In this document: piece by piece, positions 8,995 to 22,600 of the stretch
Layout of the letters: every line of letters begins with the position of its first letter
Position numbering within the stretch: the first letter of the stretch is position 1
Virus record (IMG/VR): IMGVR_UViG_3300012953_000121
Span: 1 to 31,144 of that record
Strand: one strand, 5' to 3'
DNA length: 31,144 nucleotides
From: a virus
Lineage: Duplodnaviria; Caudoviricetes
Notes under the pieces: model-generated
Seen by the model: only the letters and a program-made list of their open reading frames with translations
The model's database searches: none
What the model was told of the DNA's origin: nothing
Program-made: the position numbers and the translations under genes

Positions 8995-10605
8995 TTAGAA
9001 TTCCAGGATGATTTTAACGTCTTCTTTTTGTCGAGTATTTCGAGCAATCAGAGGTCTATTGTCTACATAAACAGTTTCCCCTGAGCCTTTATTTATCTCA
9101 GATTTAGATAACCCACTTGTAAAAGCAGAACCTAAGTTAATTTGCTTAGTTCCAGATGGATTTGTGGTTATTCCAGTATAACCATTATTGATATAACCTT
9201 TAAATCCAGAAGATTTACCCTCAACTACGGGACCATCGGATTTAAAGTCCCAAAACTTACCTTGAGTTGAAATACCAACATAATCTGTATGGTTCTGAGA
9301 ACCTTTATAATTTAGAGATCTATCTCTAAAGAATTTCAAAACTTTAGTTTCTTTATCAAAGGAAGCAACATATGCTCTTGCTATGTTTCCAGAAGCATCA
9401 ATTTTCTGCTCTATAACTTCACCAACTTCAGGAGTACCATCAACTTTTTTGGTAACATCATTACTATTTGGTTCATCATTAAAAATCATAGCATCCAATG
9501 ATGAGAATTGACTACCAGTAAATCCAGCAGCAACTGTACCACCAGTTCCACCAACTGTTGGATTTTTTATAATACCAACTTGAGCAAATTTAGTATCTGT
9601 TGGGAAATCTTTAGTTGAATCATCAAATCTAGCATAGATAAGAACCTTATCAGTTCCCAATTCGGTGTAAATGTCATAACCATGACCCTTACTTGGTGGA
9701 ATTATTGGAATCAATTCTGCTAGAGATCCAGAAGCAGTACTATTAACTGGTCCTAAATCTACCAATCCGTAGGTATATCCTTGTCCACCAGCACTAACTG
9801 TTACATCTGATATTACACCTTGATTAACATCAACTCTAGCTTTACCACCATATCCATCACCAACAATATCAACTTCTTGACCTGATAATGTTTGATATGA
9901 AGCTCCACCATTTTTAATATAAACATGCTTAATTTGGTTATCATTAACCTCAGAATCACCATTCTCACGAACAGATCTAATTTGAGGATCTGTACTTGTT
10001 GACCAATTATTTGGAACAGTAATGTATTCTGTAGAATCAAATTTTATAATATCACCTGGAGAAACACTATAAAGATATTTCCACAGATAACCATCACCAG
10101 ATCCACCTGCTTTTGATGGTTCTAAATCGGTAAATGTTGGTTCATCTTGTGAAACATTACCTTTTTCATTATCTCCACTAGAACCATTATCAATACAAAC
10201 ATAAACTTTGTAATCCGAGTTCATTACATAATACTCGGAATCATATAATCTATTAGCACTTTTTAATGGACTTGGATTAGAACTACTATAATCATCCCTA
10301 TAGATCTCATATCTAGTACCCGCTTTCCAATCAACTCTCTTTATAACACGACGAATATTGGCAGAAGTTATCTTCTTACCAAACATCATTGTATCCCCTA
10401 TATGGGAATTATTTGAAAAACTATCAAGTGGTTGTGGTGGATTAGTATTCCAATTAGAAGACCTACCATACCCTACAACAGTACTTTCTGTAAGTTTTGT
10501 TGGATTAGGTAAACCAATAAAAACGTAGTAATTATTATTATCAATAGAATCTACGAAATTACTAGCATTTAATATCCTAAATTGGTCGGTGACAATTGCT
10601 GGCAT
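8995..10605 (-). CDS. gp8: baseplate wedge subunit gp8 (536 aa)
   Basis: YVMNSDYKVYVCIDN, DGYLWKYLY and terminal VYVDNRPLIAR...QKEDVKIILEF motifs of T4 gp8 homologues; synteny gp6-gp7-gp8. Confidence 0.9.
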   Translation of the reverse strand: MPAIVTDQFRILNASNFVDSIDNNNYYVFIGLPNPTKLTESTVVGYGRSSNWNTNPPQPLDSFSNNSHIGDTMMFGKKITSANIRRVIKRVDWKAGTRYEIYRDDYSSSNPSPLKSANRLYDSEYYVMNSDYKVYVCIDNGSSGDNEKGNVSQDEPTFTDLEPSKAGGSGDGYLWKYLYSVSPGDIIKFDSTEYITVPNNWSTSTDPQIRSVRENGDSEVNDNQIKHVYIKNGGASYQTLSGQEVDIVGDGYGGKARVDVNQGVISDVTVSAGGQGYTYGLVDLGPVNSTASGSLAELIPIIPPSKGHGYDIYTELGTDKVLIYARFDDSTKDFPTDTKFAQVGIIKNPTVGGTGGTVAAGFTGSQFSSLDAMIFNDEPNSNDVTKKVDGTPEVGEVIEQKIDASGNIARAYVASFDKETKVLKFFRDRSLNYKGSQNHTDYVGISTQGKFWDFKSDGPVVEGKSSGFKGYINNGYTGITTNPSGTKQINLGSAFTSGLSKSEINKGSGETVYVDNRPLIARNTRQKEDVKIILEF

Positions 10606-10634
10606 TATCTTGTCTTAATTACACATTTTTTCTT

Positions 10635-10642
10635 TATTTATA
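10635..10642 (-). promoter_or_regulatory. T4-type late promoter (TATAAATA)
   Basis: tatttata on the plus strand in the 44-nt gp7/gp8 intergenic gap, about 30 nt upstream of the gp8 ATG. Confidence 0.85.
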
Positions 10643-10649
10643 GACATAA

Positions 10650-13600
10650 TTATACTTGTAATCTAATAGCACCTGTATTCCTTAATCCTTTAAGGGATCC
10701 TAGAGAATAATTTCTCCTTTGAATAACTGGGAAAGTAGATAATCCAGAGTCAATAGTTAATCCAGTAACACCAATCGAGATTGGATTTGTTGATCTAACT
10801 GTATCTGGTCCATACAATCTTCCCCATGAAATTGTTCCTAGAGAAGTTGTTATTCCAATATTTGTTTGATTATACTGTCCAGTGGAAGCTAATCCAACAT
10901 GATTAGTTGTACTTAGTATATTACAAGTAATCTCACCTGTTTTATCCGCAGTAGTAATACTATGAACTTTGTATATATTATCCAAGAATGTTGTACCGAT
11001 ACCAACTACTGAAGTCTCGTGACTATCAATAGAAGTAACACCGTCACCAATCTTAGTATCCTTAATAGAAATTGGATAACCAATTCTCAAATCACCTGCC
11101 TGATTTCCATCAATAGTCTTAAAGAAGAATTTAATAGCAAGTGGGTTATTATTCGTACCAACAGCAGTTCCAATACCTGTAATTATTCCAGTAAATCCTT
11201 GAGCAAACTTAAATAACTCAATTCTTTCTGTCTCATAGGTAGGACTTTCAATAATAACATTTGGTACTCTTCCTGTATACAATCCAACATTAGTAACAGT
11301 TGCTGATGTAACAGAACCATTTACAATTGTTGTTGTTGCTGTAGCAGTAGTTCCTATTCCAACACCAATCATTGGTGGAGCTGATAACTTAATAGTAGGA
11401 GCAACTGTATAACCTGATCCACCATCAGTGATAGTTATTGAACTAACCTGTGATGTAGCAGCACTAACAACAACTTCTGCTGCGGCTGGGCGTTCTACAC
11501 CACTAGCTGGCATCATTAATGCATCAACAGCATCAACTGTAATACCATACCTTTCAGAACTAGGGAGGCGAAGTGGTCCTTCCTCATAGAAGAATATTTC
11601 AGCATCATCTACAAATATTCCATCTTGTAATCCAAGACCAATACCAGAAGTTTCATTAACATCTGAAATAATCTTAGAAGTTGGATATACACAAGGTTCA
11701 ATAGACTCTCTTGCCTTAGATACTAAAGATCCTTGAATAACTTTATCAACCTTTTGCTTAGTCCAACTAAGTGGTTTATCATCATCTTCATTAATACCTC
11801 TACCAGAATATACATCAGTTTCAATCAAGTCAGATGTTAGAATTTCTTTTACAACTCTTTCTCTATCTTGTGTAATTGAATCTGGTAATGATGGATGGCG
11901 ATATATTCTTACATCATCACCTGGTTTGATAGTTTCTTGAATATCAATAATTTCAACATCAATACCTCTTTGTCCAAGATAGAAGAATATATCAACCTTA
12001 TCACCACCATCTGGTGCTTCAGTAAATGTAAATGTAGTTCCACCTTCAAACTGATAAGCAGTTCCTGGTGTTTGTAGTACACCATTTACAAATATTAAAA
12101 GAACAGCATTTAAGTTGATATCTGAAGATAGTGGATCCGATTCGTCCTTTTCAAAACTCAACAACTGCCCATTAAAGAATAATGGGAATCTTCTTCTAAC
12201 TCCATTTTGCATTGATTTAATATCATCAATGAAATCTATTTCTCCAAATTGCCATGCTGAGAAGAAATCATTGAATATTTCAACAACTTCTAATTCAAAG
12301 TCTTTTAATGGTTCCTCAACTTCGGCAGAAGTAACCATTCCAATTGGAGTAAATCTATCACCAACTTTAAATGAATGACCTGGTCTAGCAATATCAAATT
12401 TTGATATTTCAAATAATGTAGAAGATATACCAACAGAAGTTTGAGCAGCACCTACTGCAAGGTTAAGTAGAAGATTGACTCCAGTTTCTGTCGTTTTTCC
12501 AATACCAAGTCTAGAAATACCCTTAACTGGTATATTTTCATAATTTGGTTCAGGGCAAATAATTTCTGGATTAACATACCCAGTTCCACCAGCAACAACG
12601 GTAAATTCTAAAGATCCACCAGTTCCATATGGAGATCTGCCAACATTAATACTAAATTTAGTAGTACTCTCAATACCTTCAACACCCACAGGTCTATTAT
12701 AAACAGGATCAGTTGTTCTTGGATAAGAATGATTTGTAGCATAACGATCCTTATTACATGTAAGTGTTAGAGAACCAGCAACAATCTCAACTGTATTATT
12801 TGCTCCCATAATATTTCCAGCTTCAGATCTCTCATAACTATGAGATGATGTGTTTGTTGAAGGTACGGAAAGTAAACATTGAACCTCAAATTTCTTAGCA
12901 GTTACATTTGAAACTTGTGTCCACTTATTAAATAATGGATCACCCTTTCTTGGATAACTATGCTCACTAATAAATCCATCCTTAGCACATTTGAATACTA
13001 AAGAGTTCTCAGCAATCTTAACATAATCACCATTACTAAATCCATGATTTGTATTAGTAGTAACGGTTAATATTCCAACATTTGGATTATATACAGCATT
13101 TGTTGTGTTCTTAGTAATAGCAGCAGTAAATCCATGAGCAGCAGATGTAGTTACAGTCATAATTCCACATTGTGGATCATAATCAACCGTATCTGCCGTG
13201 AAAGGACCTCCAGCATTTGCTGTAATTCCTTCATATTGATAAGGAATACCAACATTACATGTAATAGTACCACCAGACTGATCTACAGCAGTAATTGCTA
13301 ATGCTGTATTATATGCTGGATCAGTTGTGCGAGGATATGCGTGTTCTGTAGCATGATTATCAGCATCGCAAGTAAATTTAAGTGCTTTATGTGCGATAGT
13401 TACAGTATCACTAGTACTGAAAGTATGAGATCCTATCGTTAATACCAATATTCCAGTACTTGGGGTATATACAGCATTAGTAACATCCTTTTTAGTACCG
13501 CCAATGGTAACGGCATTGCTTATAGAACTCTTGTATATGTGAGTGCCAATAGAATTTACAAACCTATGTGTATTTTTAGCAATTTTGGCAGTTACAATTG

Positions 13601-16600
13601 CTCCAGTACCAGCACCACCACCAGGACCAACATCAGTCATAATTGTATTCTGAGTTGTTGATGTTATTGGTAAGAATGTATCATATGCTGGATCAGTTGT
13701 TCTTGGATAGGTATGCTCACCATCATAATCATCCTTAGAACAAGTGAAGGTTAATGAATTTGTAGCGATTTTAAGAGATTTTGTTGCTCTAACTCCGTTA
13801 GTAGTTGCCGAATCAAATGTATGAGTATAGAATCCACCAGATTTAACGGCATTCGCAGTAGCACCTTCAAATGTATGAATATCAGTATTAGTTGAAGGTA
13901 CAGTGGTTAATACTTGTAGTGTAATAGTAGTTTCAGTTACTGACTGAATAGGAATAGCAGTATTATAGAATGGATCATTAGATGGTCTAGGATAAGATTT
14001 TGTTCCACCACTACCATAATTACAACTGAATGATATTGATTCAGGTTCTAACCTGACACTTTCGCCCTGTTTTAGAGTATGAGAACCAATTTCTAATACC
14101 ATTAATCCAGTAAATGGATCATATGTAGTTCCTGTAGTTGGTGTATGCCCAACTAATGGACTTGTACCAACATTAACTTCAAAATCTGTTGCAGTTACGT
14201 TAGATACTATTAACCACTTATCACTTGATGGGTCGGTTGATCTTGGATATGAATGAGTAGTGGCATTATTGTCCATACCACATTTAAATGTTATAGAATT
14301 ATCAGCAAACCTAACTTGCTCATTATTAGTAAAGACTCTTGGAACAAATACTGCTCCAGCAGTAGCACTAACAAATGTATGAACATCTGTATTAGTAGAA
14401 GGAGTAGTACTTAATACTTTTACAGAAATTGTTCCAGCAGCAATATCTACAGCAGTTATATCTAAGAAAGTATTATATCCAGGATCAGGAGTTCCAGCAT
14501 TTACACCTGTTCCACTTGCTCTTGGGTACGTCTTTTGAGCAGCAGTACCAGTAGCACCACCATATCCACAACTAAATGTTAATGAATTTGGTACAAGCTT
14601 AAGTTTATCATTGGTATCTAAATTATGAGTACCAATAGTTAATACCATAATACCTGTAGTAGGATCATAAGTGGCATCACTAACATCATAATTTGTTCCA
14701 GCAGTGGCTGTTAATATACCAACTCTAGCATCATATTGAGCATCTTTAACAGTTATATCTACTGGACCTGCTATACCATGTTCACCGAAAGTCATTAATA
14801 AATCACCCGTAGATGAAGTATAATCAATAGCGATTGGTGTCAATGTTTGACCCATGAATCCACCAGTGTATGCTGTAATTGAATCAGCATCAGATCTTAC
14901 AAATTTATGATCATAAGCAATATCATTAACAGAAATAGATACTGGTTCACGATAACCAGAACCATATGTTAATTGATTTTCATAACGCCAAACTGATCCA
15001 CCACCAACATAAGTATGTGGAATACTAGTAATACCACAATCAACTTGGAAACTTCTTGCAGAACTAACTCCAACTAATTGAAGTGGTCTTTCATGATCTT
15101 GGAATATTGTTGTAGTAACTCCTACATATCCACCACCACCAATTGTTCTTACAGCGTTAGATGTTGCTGAAACGAACGTGTGTGCGTCTGTATTGGTAGG
15201 TGTAACACCAAACAATACATTCACCTTAAATGTATCTGTAGTAACGTCAGAAACGTACATATACCTATCATAGGCAGGATCAGTTTCTCTTGGATATGCC
15301 TTTTGAGCAGCAGAACCAGTAGCACCACCATATCCACAACTGAAGATAATTGATTCCTTTTCTAACTTAACTGCATCACCATTTGAAAGTCCATGACCAG
15401 CAATTGTTATTACCATATCACCTGTTGCTGGATCATATGTTGTACCTGTAACAGGAGTACCAACAGCATTAGTTGGGCATATAAATTGCAAATCTTCCAA
15501 TTTAACAGTATTTGGACTTCCTAAACCAAATCCATGAACCTCATTAGTAGTAACTGTTATGATTCCAATATTATTATCATAATGAGCAGTTTGAATACCA
15601 CCACCTATTGGTCCAACTGATGTTCCAGCACCAGTAACACTAACTATAGATCCACTTTGTAATTTGGGATATACTCTAGCACCTACAAGTGGAGCGTAAC
15701 CAACACCAGTAGTAGAACCCATAGAAACTATTATGCCACCTCTTGGAACCTGATTCTGATTAATATCAAATTCTGATTGAATTAGTTGTCCATTTTCGGA
15801 ACTAATTCCAGTAAAGGTAACGCTAGAAACTCCAGAAACAACGTCTGCTTCAATTTCATAATTATTACCTAAGTTATTGAGTGTTAGTGGTGTCTGGAAT
15901 ACTCCATTAATGAATAAAATACCATTTCCCACACCAACACCTGAAGAAGTATTAGCACCACCAACAGTTAAACTGTAAGTTCTTCCAATTCCAGTAAAGT
16001 TATCTGAAATATCATCAAATACCATATTGGTATCATAATTTGTTCTTAAGAAAGTTCTTCCACTAAATTCTGCTTTAACGTAAGGTAGATTAGTTAAATT
16101 TCTTCTAGTTCTAGTATTACCTTTAGGTGGATCTAAGAACCATGCTGTACTATCAACTATATTGTAAGATCCTCTGAATACCTGAACATTAGATCCAGAA
16201 TTATGAGTTGTAGGTAAGATTCCAAGAGCACCTCTCTTAACCTTAACTACTGGAATAGTCCCATTCCAAGAATTAATTGTACCACCTACAGATTCAGCAA
16301 GACCAACTTCCTCAACCTTCATATATTCATCATCAATTTTTATTACATCTCTTGGTTGTACTGAACTAATACCACTTAAAGCAAACTGAGATAATCCAAT
16401 ACCGATAGTAGTTGGAAGTGTATGATTAATAGAAGTATATGTAACTGGTTGTTGAATAATACCATCAAGGCCAATAACAGTTTTGCTTATCTTTTTACCC
16501 ATTTCAAGTTTATGGGCGTTACCACCACCAACATTTGTTACTTCTATTGGCAATCCAGTAGCAATATATTCCCTTCTACTGAATAATTGGAAAGTATCTG

Positions 16601-19600
16601 GTGTTAATGCTTTTACATACACCTCTGATGGCATTTCAGTAACCAATTGCCCAAGATTATTTGTAGTTTGAGCAATACCACAAGGTGCTGCAGCAACACC
16701 AATAAATGATGAATATGCTTTATAATTTAATATCTCATTCGTATTGAAGAAATGATCTGGTATGGTAAAGGTTGTTCCAGCACCAGCAGAAACAGTAAGT
16801 TGACTGCTATCTGGATTAAATGTCTTATAATAAATTGGAATACCTTCATGTTTAAGATCAAAATTAACTCTATTTCCTCTAGTTCCATTAAGACCGTCAT
16901 ATGATGATAATACTAATTCAGTACTTACTGGACCAATCTGTAAAAGAGGTGGTTCATTCTCAAAATCATTAATAGTTTGATATATCTCAGAATAAGCCTG
17001 AACTTCAACAGTTGATGAAGAATATGCTGCATCTGGATAGAAATCAAATCTAACTTTATTGTTTACAGTATCTGTAACTGTACCAAAAGTTCCTATACCA
17101 CTTATGTCACCTATTGAAACATGAGGATATTGGACAGTTACAGCATCATTATTCACATCTTGAATAACAACTGCTTGATGTATAGCACTATTCTGCCCAG
17201 AAGTAACTTTTAATATAGACTTAGCTGAACTATCAACAAGACCATCAAGGGTGAAAATAGGTATTGAATTTCCATTATCTACCGCATTATAGTTTGACTC
17301 ATATCTTACTGTTCTTTCAGAACCATCTGGTTGTCCTGAAACTTTATATCTGTATGTTCCTATACCAGCAGTTGTAGTACCTAATCCAACAACATTAGCA
17401 CTAAGAAGTAATTTAGATGATTTGTCGTTAATACAATCAAAGTAAATTGTACCAGAATCAAATCTAGCAGTTAATACACCAACTTTACTATTAGAACTAG
17501 AACTATATGTAACGCCTAAAACGTCAGTATATGATTCTGTAATATAGGTGTCTGTACCATCAAAATTAACAATAACTTCATTATAATCTAACTCACCAGA
17601 AGCATCATCTTTAACTAAAACATTAGCAAAGAAAGCATTAAAGTTTGTAGGTGAGAATTGTAGTATATTTGTTGTAGTAGTACCTGTAACAACAAGATTA
17701 CCACCACTCATTGCTGTTTGAGCAGCAGCAACCTGTACATTTTTACCAATTAAATCTATAGATCCAATTTCTTGAACAGAGTCAGATATTGTATCAGTAT
17801 TAAATGATGTTTTTAAAACTTTAATATCAAAATCCTTTTCAAATTTTTCAAGTGGTGTAAATTCTAAAGTCTTTCTATTGAAATAATCGACATTAGTTTT
17901 AAATTCACCTAGTAAAGTATTTGAAAAATCGGTAGATCTCTCTAAGATATAAGCACTATCAGTTGAAGTTAGTACAATTAAATCGGTAAATTGTACATCA
18001 AAAGTATCAGCATCAACAACTTGTATATGGTACTTTATAAAGTTTGTACCAATTTCCTCTATTTCAGTATATTGATCTTGTCCTCCCTTACTTGAAAACT
18101 TACCACTTATATCGTCATGGATCAAAACTCTATTTGTTTTACACTTAGTAAAATCGGTTAACTTCTTATGTTTGAAATCAATAAACTTAGATTTATTATC
18201 TCTAGCATCATAATCTATAACATGATCAAAATCATTAATTGTATCTACTCTCTTTTCACCAAACACATCAAGTATAATAACCGCCTTTGATGCCTCTGTG
18301 GATCCCAGACCCACCCGAACATCAACATTAGTCTCTAACAACGTATCAGAAAAATTCTTCAATCCAGAGGGGTGTATAACCCTATTAAGAGGATCAACAA
18401 ATGATTCCCAAGTTTCGGAACTTCTAACAGAATATGAAAGATTTTGATAATAATCATTATTCGGTATTACTTGGAAGTCTTCATTCAACATTCCAGTATT
18501 ATTAGTCCAACCAATTTCCCTTCTATTTGAGAAACTAACATCAAATTTAGCACTATTTGCTGTAATTCCAGTAACAGTAGCAGTAACACCACTATACTGT
18601 CCAGCAATTCTATCTCCAACTTTAAGATTATATAACCCGCTTGTTTTAATAAAATCTTCTCTAATTTCTACTGCCTTAAGATCTTTCTTCTGGAAAGTAC
18701 CTGTTTGGTTCTCTTTAACCAATATTGGTTCATCTGGTGAGAACTTAGATCTTTGTTGAACAGGTGAAAATACTGGTAATTTATTTCTATTTACAATATT
18801 AGCATAACCAGATTGATAAGTTTTAGCAATACCTGGATTAGTAGTTAAACCAACTAAATCAAATTTTAAAACATCTGGATTTGATGAAATATAACTTTTA
18901 ACTTTAAAATATTGATAACCATGATTTGATGAATTCCACCCTTCACCATCAGTTGATATACCACTAGATGATGAAGCTTGAGTACCAATACCAACTTCTC
19001 CAAATAACTGTATACCTTCAACAAAAATTTCATCATCAACCGCAAATGGTGCTACAGTATATCCATTAATAGGAGTTTCCATAACACAAGTAGCTTCCGT
19101 CCCATCCACAGTCATGGAGTTAATACCAATTCCATTAGAATTGTTAATAGCAATAACTCTATGTGTTACAGAATCTAGTCCTTTAATAGGAGCAATAACA
19201 TCAACACCAGCAACACCTTGATTGGGGGAAATAGCTTCTAATGAAGTACTATCAACGACTTGATTAGATTCTGGATTGTATAGTATTAAATCGGGGGCAC
19301 TTAAATAATCACTTCCAGTATCTACAACAGAAATTTCTTCAATAAAGTCTAAATCATCAATTCTAACAACAGGAGAAATAAATGCTTCAGGTCTTAAAGT
19401 ACTATCAGAGGAATATTCATATCCAATATCAACAATTCGTAAATTATTAATCCTACCAATAGATGTTGATAATGCTACAATATTAGCATTAGAACCACTT
19501 ACACTATTAACTGAAGTAAATTTAGGTAATTTCTTATAACTAGATCCTTCAGAAATTAATTTTATACTCTTTATAGGACCAGATACAGTATTTGACTTAC

Positions 19601-22600
19601 TTGAGTATTCAATATTATCACACTGATCTTCTTCATATCTCAATACTTCAGGAATTGCTCTAGGCGAATATTTAAAAGTTTCAGTAGTAATATCAAATAC
19701 TTCATAGTCACCTGAATACTTACTATCAGTGAATAATATTTGCGAATAATTATTAACATCCTTATCAGCAGTACTAATATACCCACCCTTTTCTAGAGCA
19801 TAATATAGAATGGCTGGCATTGCTGTAGAGAATCCTACCGATACCGCAGCACCAACTAAAGGACTGGATAAAAATGTACCAATACCTATCGTACCAATAC
19901 CACTAATATTAAAGGTATTAAGATCTGTAGCAGTAACAAATTCATTCTTAAATTCCTTATCATAGAAGAACTTGAGTTTATAGTCTGCTAAATTAAATGA
20001 ACTAACACCAAAAGTTAATTGTGAATTTTTAACTACTGGTATTTGGGGATTAACCAATGAAATACTATGCCCACTTCCACCAGCAGTAAAATCAATCATT
20101 CTAGGTGGTGATGAGAAGGTATCATTATAAGTTTCAGATAAATTAAACTTATTTGAATCTACTAAATGTATATAATAACAACCTGTTGTTATTCCAGAAA
20201 CGATATCACCATCACAACTATAAAAGATCTTATCTCCAGTTTTGTATCCATGATCAGTAATTGTTATGGTGTCTTTAATCGTATCAACATCTGATCCATC
20301 AAATCCAACAGGATTGATTAATAATTTCTGATATTGCTCATTATAATCTAAAACTAATGGAGCAGTAGAACCCAATCCAACTGTTGTATTTGGTACAACA
20401 TTAATACTAACTTTATCACCATTCAATAATCCATGAGTTGTAGTATTAGCAGCACCTATTTTTGTAGTTACTGTGCTAACAATTCTATCAACATTACATC
20501 TTATTTGTTCAAACGTTGTTTCTATCTTGTATTCATAATCATTAGTAGCATTACTATAGAAGAATAATCCAGATTCAGTATTAGCAGCACCTACATTAGT
20601 AGCAAGACCAATAAAATCACTACCCTTATCAACTACATACAACTCGGATGAACTTGAAGTTTGGTCGGGTAGATAGAATTGTTGAGAACCATCAATTTCT
20701 CTACCAACAAGTAATGATTGGGCAGATGCTTCTTTAGTGAATATAACTCTTTCTCCACCCTTAAATGGATGTTTGGGTAAATAAATGCTTTGAGAAGGAA
20801 CATTAACTTGTTTTGTACTTTCACCAATAGTGTAATCAATAACACTTCCACAAGTAGTACCAACACCAACTGCTAAATTGGCATTAAAAAATTGAACTAA
20901 ATTTAAATCAGATTTAAATTGGTTAGTTTTAACTGGTATACTAATACGATTATTCAGTACATCAATTTTAGATCCATAAGCATGAGCAATACCTGAAGTA
21001 GGTCTATTAACTCTTATAATGCCCCCAATATCATATAGGTTCAATACTTTAAGACATTCATCACCTACCCTAAGTGATCCACCTATAGAAACTGTATTTG
21101 GAATATAATTTACGTAAATATCCTCAACAGCACCATTTGAATTGTTTTGAACTGACATTGTTTTTGCCAATCCAATAACATCAGTATGAATACCAACGCT
21201 AAATGAATCATTTAATTTGTATATTGATGTAGTAAGACCTGATATTAAAACGGTGTCTTTATCATTAAGTTCAATGGTTGGTAAATTATGTACCATAACC
21301 TCAGTATCACTTTGCCATACTAATACAGCATTTTCAAAAGTAGTTAATTCAGTATTAATACTAGAAACACCAATACCTACTATCTCATCAACTTGACCTC
21401 TAGCACCACCACCATTTGTATCATCATCATTAAATACAGTAAAATCACCAATTTTATAACTATCCCCACCATCTAATATATCAAATCCATCAACAACACC
21501 TCTAGTTACTGATTCAACTACAGATTTCTGCTTAATTATTTCATTTGATTCTATGATAAAGTCATTATCAGCATATTGTTCATTAACTTTATATGGGAAA
21601 GTATTTCTAGAAAGATTACTATTATTAAAATCAAATGATTGATCTAAAATTGTATTTTCTTCAATGTAAGGTAATCTGTAAGTTTCTCCAATAAAATATG
21701 GATATATGGGAACACCATTCTGATCTACAGTAGCAAAATAAGCATAAACCCCATTTGGGAACTCTGGAGTTTTACAAAATCTTCCATTGTGAATATCTAA
21801 ATCACCAGAACCATCAAAAACATTATCTTCTACGAAGAATCTTTCATTATATTCATTGACTGTTGGACGATCTTTATAGTCATACTTCTGAATATAACTT
21901 GGAAGTAATCTCTTAATTCCTGAGTTAATATCAGAAGGATCCATATAACCATATGATCCATATATTGGATTACCGTCATATGCCCAACCAATTAATGCTG
22001 AGTGTGTACCAATACCAGCACCAGTAACACCACCATTATCACCTAATCCTTGTGATATAGTATTAGTATATGCGTGAACACCAAATTGTAATAAATCCTC
22101 ATTAAGTGGTTCAAGATGATATTCAGACTGCCATTGATAATTATCAATACTTAATTTTCTTATAGTAGCACTTAATAAAGCATTCTTACCTTTAGAATCT
22201 ACATAAACATTCGCATTTGTAGAATATCCAATACCTGGATTAATTACAACTATATCAGATAATTGACCTAAACTATTAATAACTGGTTTTAATTTACAAC
22301 CACTGCCAGGAATTTTAGAATCAGCAGCATCAACTATATCAAGATTAGGTAAAGACCAATATTCTTTACCTTTATTGAGAACTTGAACATCAACAATTTT
22401 GCCACTTTCTATTATTGGTCTTACTTCAGCAGTTCTTCCATTCTGTATAGTTACTTTTGGCGTAAAATAATGTCCAGAAACTTTACTTCCATACTTACTA
22501 CCACCATCATACAGATAAGCACCTATCATTTCACCTGTAACAATAGGAGTAAAGTTTATTTTTCCAGAAACACTTGAAGCATAAGAAACATTGACATTTA

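Noticed and set aside
12630-15600. Possible CRISPR array or DGR template/variable repeat
   Set aside because: The repeats are in-frame, degenerate protein repeats with irregular spacing; no cas or reverse transcriptase gene is in the window, and one mismatch cannot show adenine-specific variation.
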